A DNA stretch of 64,000 nucleotides from NCBI GenBank assembly GCA_963698685.1, contig CAVORV010000013.1, positions 195,134 through 259,133 of the forward strand, read 5' to 3'. Every line of letters starts with the position of its first letter. The first letter of the stretch is position 1. A program made the position numbers and the translations under genes. This DNA comes from an uncultured Alphaproteobacteria bacterium (GTDB lineage: Bacteria > Pseudomonadota > Alphaproteobacteria > Rhodobacterales > Rhodobacteraceae). The notes under the pieces were generated by a model. The model searched no databases and was not told where the DNA came from. It saw nothing but the letters and a program-made list of their open reading frames with translations. This document shows positions 61,267 to 64,000 of this stretch, one piece after another.

Positions 61267-62370
61267 TTGGCTGACATCGGGATCGGCATCGTCGGCGGCG
61301 GTTACATGGGAAAGGCGCATGCGGTCGCCATGGCGTCGGTCGGCGCGGTTTTCGACACCGGTCTGCGCCCGCGTCTGGAAATGGTGAGCGCCGCGAGCCC
61401 GGCTTCGGCCGAGCGGTATCGCGCGGCCTACGGCTTCGCGCGCGCCGCGTCGGACTGGCGCGAACTGGTCGCCGATCCGGCGGTCGGCGCGGTGATCATC
61501 GCCTCGCCGCAATCGACGCACCGGGCCATCGCAGAGGCGGCGTTCGCGGCCGGCAAAGCGGTTCTGTGCGAAAAACCGCTCGGCGCCGGTATCGACGATG
61601 CCCGCGCAATGGTTGCTGCGGCCGAGGCCTCCGGACAGGCCAACATGGTCGGCTTCAACTACATCCGCACGCCGGCGAGCCGGTACGCACGCGCCCTGAT
61701 CGCGGAGGGCGGGATCGGCGACGTGACGTGGTTCCGGGGCGAGCATACCGAGGATTTCTACGCCGATCCGTCCGCGCCCGCGTCCTGGCGGACCTCGGGC
61801 GACGCCAACGGCACGATGGGCGATCTGGCGCCGCACATGATCAACGCCGCCCTCGCGCTGATCGGCCCGATCGAAAAGCTGATCGCCGAGGTCGAGACGG
61901 TGCATTCCGACCGCCCGGGCGGAACGGTCACGAATGACGACCAGGCGCAGATGATGTGCCGATTCGAGAACGGCGTCATGGGCCAGATGCATTTCAGCCG
62001 CATCCAGACCGGCCGCAAGATGGGATACGCCTACGAGATCACCGGCACGAAGGGCGCGATCCGCTTCGATCAGGAGGATCAGAACGCGCTCTGGCTCTAT
62101 CGGATGGACGATCCGGAGGCCGAACGCGGTTTCCGGAAGATCCTGACCGGTCCGGCGCATCCGGATTATGAGCCCTTCTGTCAGGGACCGGGCCACGGCA
62201 CGGGATATCAGGACCAGATCATCATCGAGGCCCGCGATTTCCTGCGGGCCATCGAGACCGGCGAGCCGGTCTGGCCGACGTTCCGCGACGGTCTCGAGGT
62301 GACACGGATCGTCGCGGCGGCGATGGCGTCGTCGCGCTCCGGCGCGTGGACGCGGGTCGACTCGATCTGA
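61267..62370 (+). CDS. Gfo/Idh/MocA oxidoreductase
   Basis: IVGGGYMGKAH; LCEKPL; VGFNYIRTP; GDLAPH; TTG start. Confidence 0.9.
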   Translation: MADIGIGIVGGGYMGKAHAVAMASVGAVFDTGLRPRLEMVSAASPASAERYRAAYGFARAASDWRELVADPAVGAVIIASPQSTHRAIAEAAFAAGKAVLCEKPLGAGIDDARAMVAAAEASGQANMVGFNYIRTPASRYARALIAEGGIGDVTWFRGEHTEDFYADPSAPASWRTSGDANGTMGDLAPHMINAALALIGPIEKLIAEVETVHSDRPGGTVTNDDQAQMMCRFENGVMGQMHFSRIQTGRKMGYAYEITGTKGAIRFDQEDQNALWLYRMDDPEAERGFRKILTGPAHPDYEPFCQGPGHGTGYQDQIIIEARDFLRAIETGEPVWPTFRDGLEVTRIVAAAMASSRSGAWTRVDSI

Positions 62371-62399
62371 ATGACGGCGCATTTGAAAGGCGGGAACGG

Positions 62400-63293
62400 A
62401 TGAGCATCAGCATCGGCAACGCCCCCTGTTCGTGGGGCGTGGAATTCGCGGGTGATCCGCGCAATCCGCCTTGGGAGAAGGTCCTGAGCGACTGCGCGGC
62501 GGCGGGTTACAACGGCATCGAACTCGGGCCGGTCGGCTACATGCCGGAGGACCCGGCGGTTCTGGCCGAGGCGCTGGCGCGGCATGATCTGGAACTGATC
62601 GGCGGGGTGGTGTTCCGCGCCTTCCACGATCCCGCGCAGTGGGACGACGTGATGGACGGCGCGGTGCGGACCTGCAAGGCGCTGACGGCGCATGGCGCGA
62701 AGCATCTGGTGCTGATCAATTCGATCTCGCCGCGCCGCGCGCCGACCGCCGGGCGCGCCGGCGAGGCCGAGCGGATGGACGCGGCCGAGTGGACCGCGTT
62801 CCGCGACCGCATCGCCACCGTCGCGCGCCTCGGGGCGGAGGATTACGGGCTGACGGTCGGCATCCACGCCCATGCGGCGGGGTTCATGGATTTCGAGCCG
62901 GAGCTCGAGCGGCTGCTCGACGAGGTGGATGAGAGCGTGCTCAAGATCTGCTTCGACACCGGCCACCATTCCTATGCCGGTTTCGATCCGGTCGCGTTCA
63001 TGGAGCGGCATATCGGGCGCATATCCTACATGCATTTCAAGGACATCGATCCGAAGGTGAAAGCGGACGCCATCGCTGCGCGCACCGGGTTCTACGAGGC
63101 CTGCGGTCAGGGCATCTTCTGCAACCTCGGACAGGGCGACGTCGATTTCGCGCGGGTCCGCCAGGTGCTTCTGGACAACGGTTTCGACGGCTGGTGCACG
63201 GTGGAGCAGGATTGCGATCCGACGCTCGACATCGACCCGCTCTCGGATGCGCGGGCGAACCGCGACTATCTCCGCTCCATCGGTTTCGAGTGA
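62400..63293 (+). CDS. IolE-like TIM-barrel protein (2-keto-myo-inositol dehydratase / sugar isomerase family)
   Basis: GNAPCSWGVE; GIELGP; HAHA; CFDTGH; HFKD; LGQGDVDF; VEQD. Confidence 0.82.
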   Translation: MSISIGNAPCSWGVEFAGDPRNPPWEKVLSDCAAAGYNGIELGPVGYMPEDPAVLAEALARHDLELIGGVVFRAFHDPAQWDDVMDGAVRTCKALTAHGAKHLVLINSISPRRAPTAGRAGEAERMDAAEWTAFRDRIATVARLGAEDYGLTVGIHAHAAGFMDFEPELERLLDEVDESVLKICFDTGHHSYAGFDPVAFMERHIGRISYMHFKDIDPKVKADAIAARTGFYEACGQGIFCNLGQGDVDFARVRQVLLDNGFDGWCTVEQDCDPTLDIDPLSDARANRDYLRSIGFE

Positions 63294-63303
63294 GGACCCC
63301 GGC

Positions 63304-64000
63304 ATGGCGCGTCTGAACTGGGGCATGGTCGGCGGCGGCGAGGGCAGCCAGATCGGCCCCGCGCATCGGCTCGGCGCGGGGCTCGACGGCGCGTTCTCGT
63401 TCGTCGCGGGCGCGCTGGATCATCGGCCGGAGGCGGGGCGCGATTATGGCGCGCGGCTCGGGCTGGATCCCGACCGCGCCTATGGCGACTGGCGCGAGAT
63501 GCTCGACGGCGAGCGGGACCGGCCCGACCGGGTCGATCTGGTGACCGTGGCCACACCGAACGCGACGCATTTCGAGATCACCAAGGCGTTTCTCGAGGCC
63601 GGGTTTCACGTGCTCTGCGAGAAGCCGATGACGATGACCGTGCCGGAGGGCGAGGAGATCGTCCGGCTGGCGCGCGAGACCGGGCGGATCTGCGCGGTCA
63701 ATTACGGCTATACCGGCTATTCTCTGGTTCGGCACATGCGGGCGATGGTGGCGCGCGGCGATCTCGGCGCGATCCGGCTGGTGAAGGCGGAGTTCGCCCA
63801 CGGGCATCATGCGGACGCCGCAGACGCGGATAATCCGCGCGTGCGCTGGCGCTATGATCCGGCCCAGGCGGGCGTGTCGGCGCAGTTCGCCGATTGCGGC
63901 ATCCACGCGATGCACATGGCGAGCTTCGTAACCGGCCAGGAGGTCACGCGCCTCTCGGCCGATACGGTGTCCTGCATCGCCAGCCGCCTGCTCGAAGACG
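63304..64000 (+). CDS. Gfo/Idh/MocA oxidoreductase, 3' end outside window
   Basis: MARLNWGMVGGGEGSQIGPAHR; ATPNATH; VLCEKPM; VNYGYTGY; WRYDP; DCGIH; absent from ORF track because no stop in window. Confidence 0.9.
   Translation, partial: MARLNWGMVGGGEGSQIGPAHRLGAGLDGAFSFVAGALDHRPEAGRDYGARLGLDPDRAYGDWREMLDGERDRPDRVDLVTVATPNATHFEITKAFLEAGFHVLCEKPMTMTVPEGEEIVRLARETGRICAVNYGYTGYSLVRHMRAMVARGDLGAIRLVKAEFAHGHHADAADADNPRVRWRYDPAQAGVSAQFADCGIHAMHMASFVTGQEVTRLSADTVSCIASRLLED

Overview
High-GC alphaproteobacterial chromosome segment; gene content and synteny point to Rhodobacteraceae (inference). Left to right: (1) the 3' part of a GatZ/KbaZ-family gene and an NreB-like MFS exporter; (2) a tightly coupled orphan operon of an HpyO-like flavin monooxygenase, two CMD/AhpD-fold proteins, an opine dehydrogenase and a PotABCD-like importer; (3) a ~1 kb intergenic region with promoter and hairpin signals suggesting an sRNA; (4) two tandem paralogous modular extracellular proteins without signal peptides that share a ~200-aa domain, Ig-like repeats and a C-terminal domain ending (D/E)YIL, the larger also carrying a DUF5060/glycosidase-like head; (5) a housekeeping block (EVE, yciI, gpsA, tsaD, hemD, Mic60-like, hemY, rpoH, rluD, dadA, dnaG, rpoD) with small accessory insertions and gene remnants; (6) two convergent orphan HWE histidine kinases; (7) a large inositol catabolism region (iolD, iolC, iolB, aldolase, two iolG, iolE-like, further dehydrogenases, sugar ABC importer) that also holds a YejA-like binding protein, a PhyH-type dioxygenase and a Ser/Thr proline-racemase homologue. 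About nine single-base indels break otherwise intact genes and look like long-read consensus errors. No tRNA, rRNA, CRISPR array or transposase was seen. All family calls come from motif recognition by eye, not database searches.
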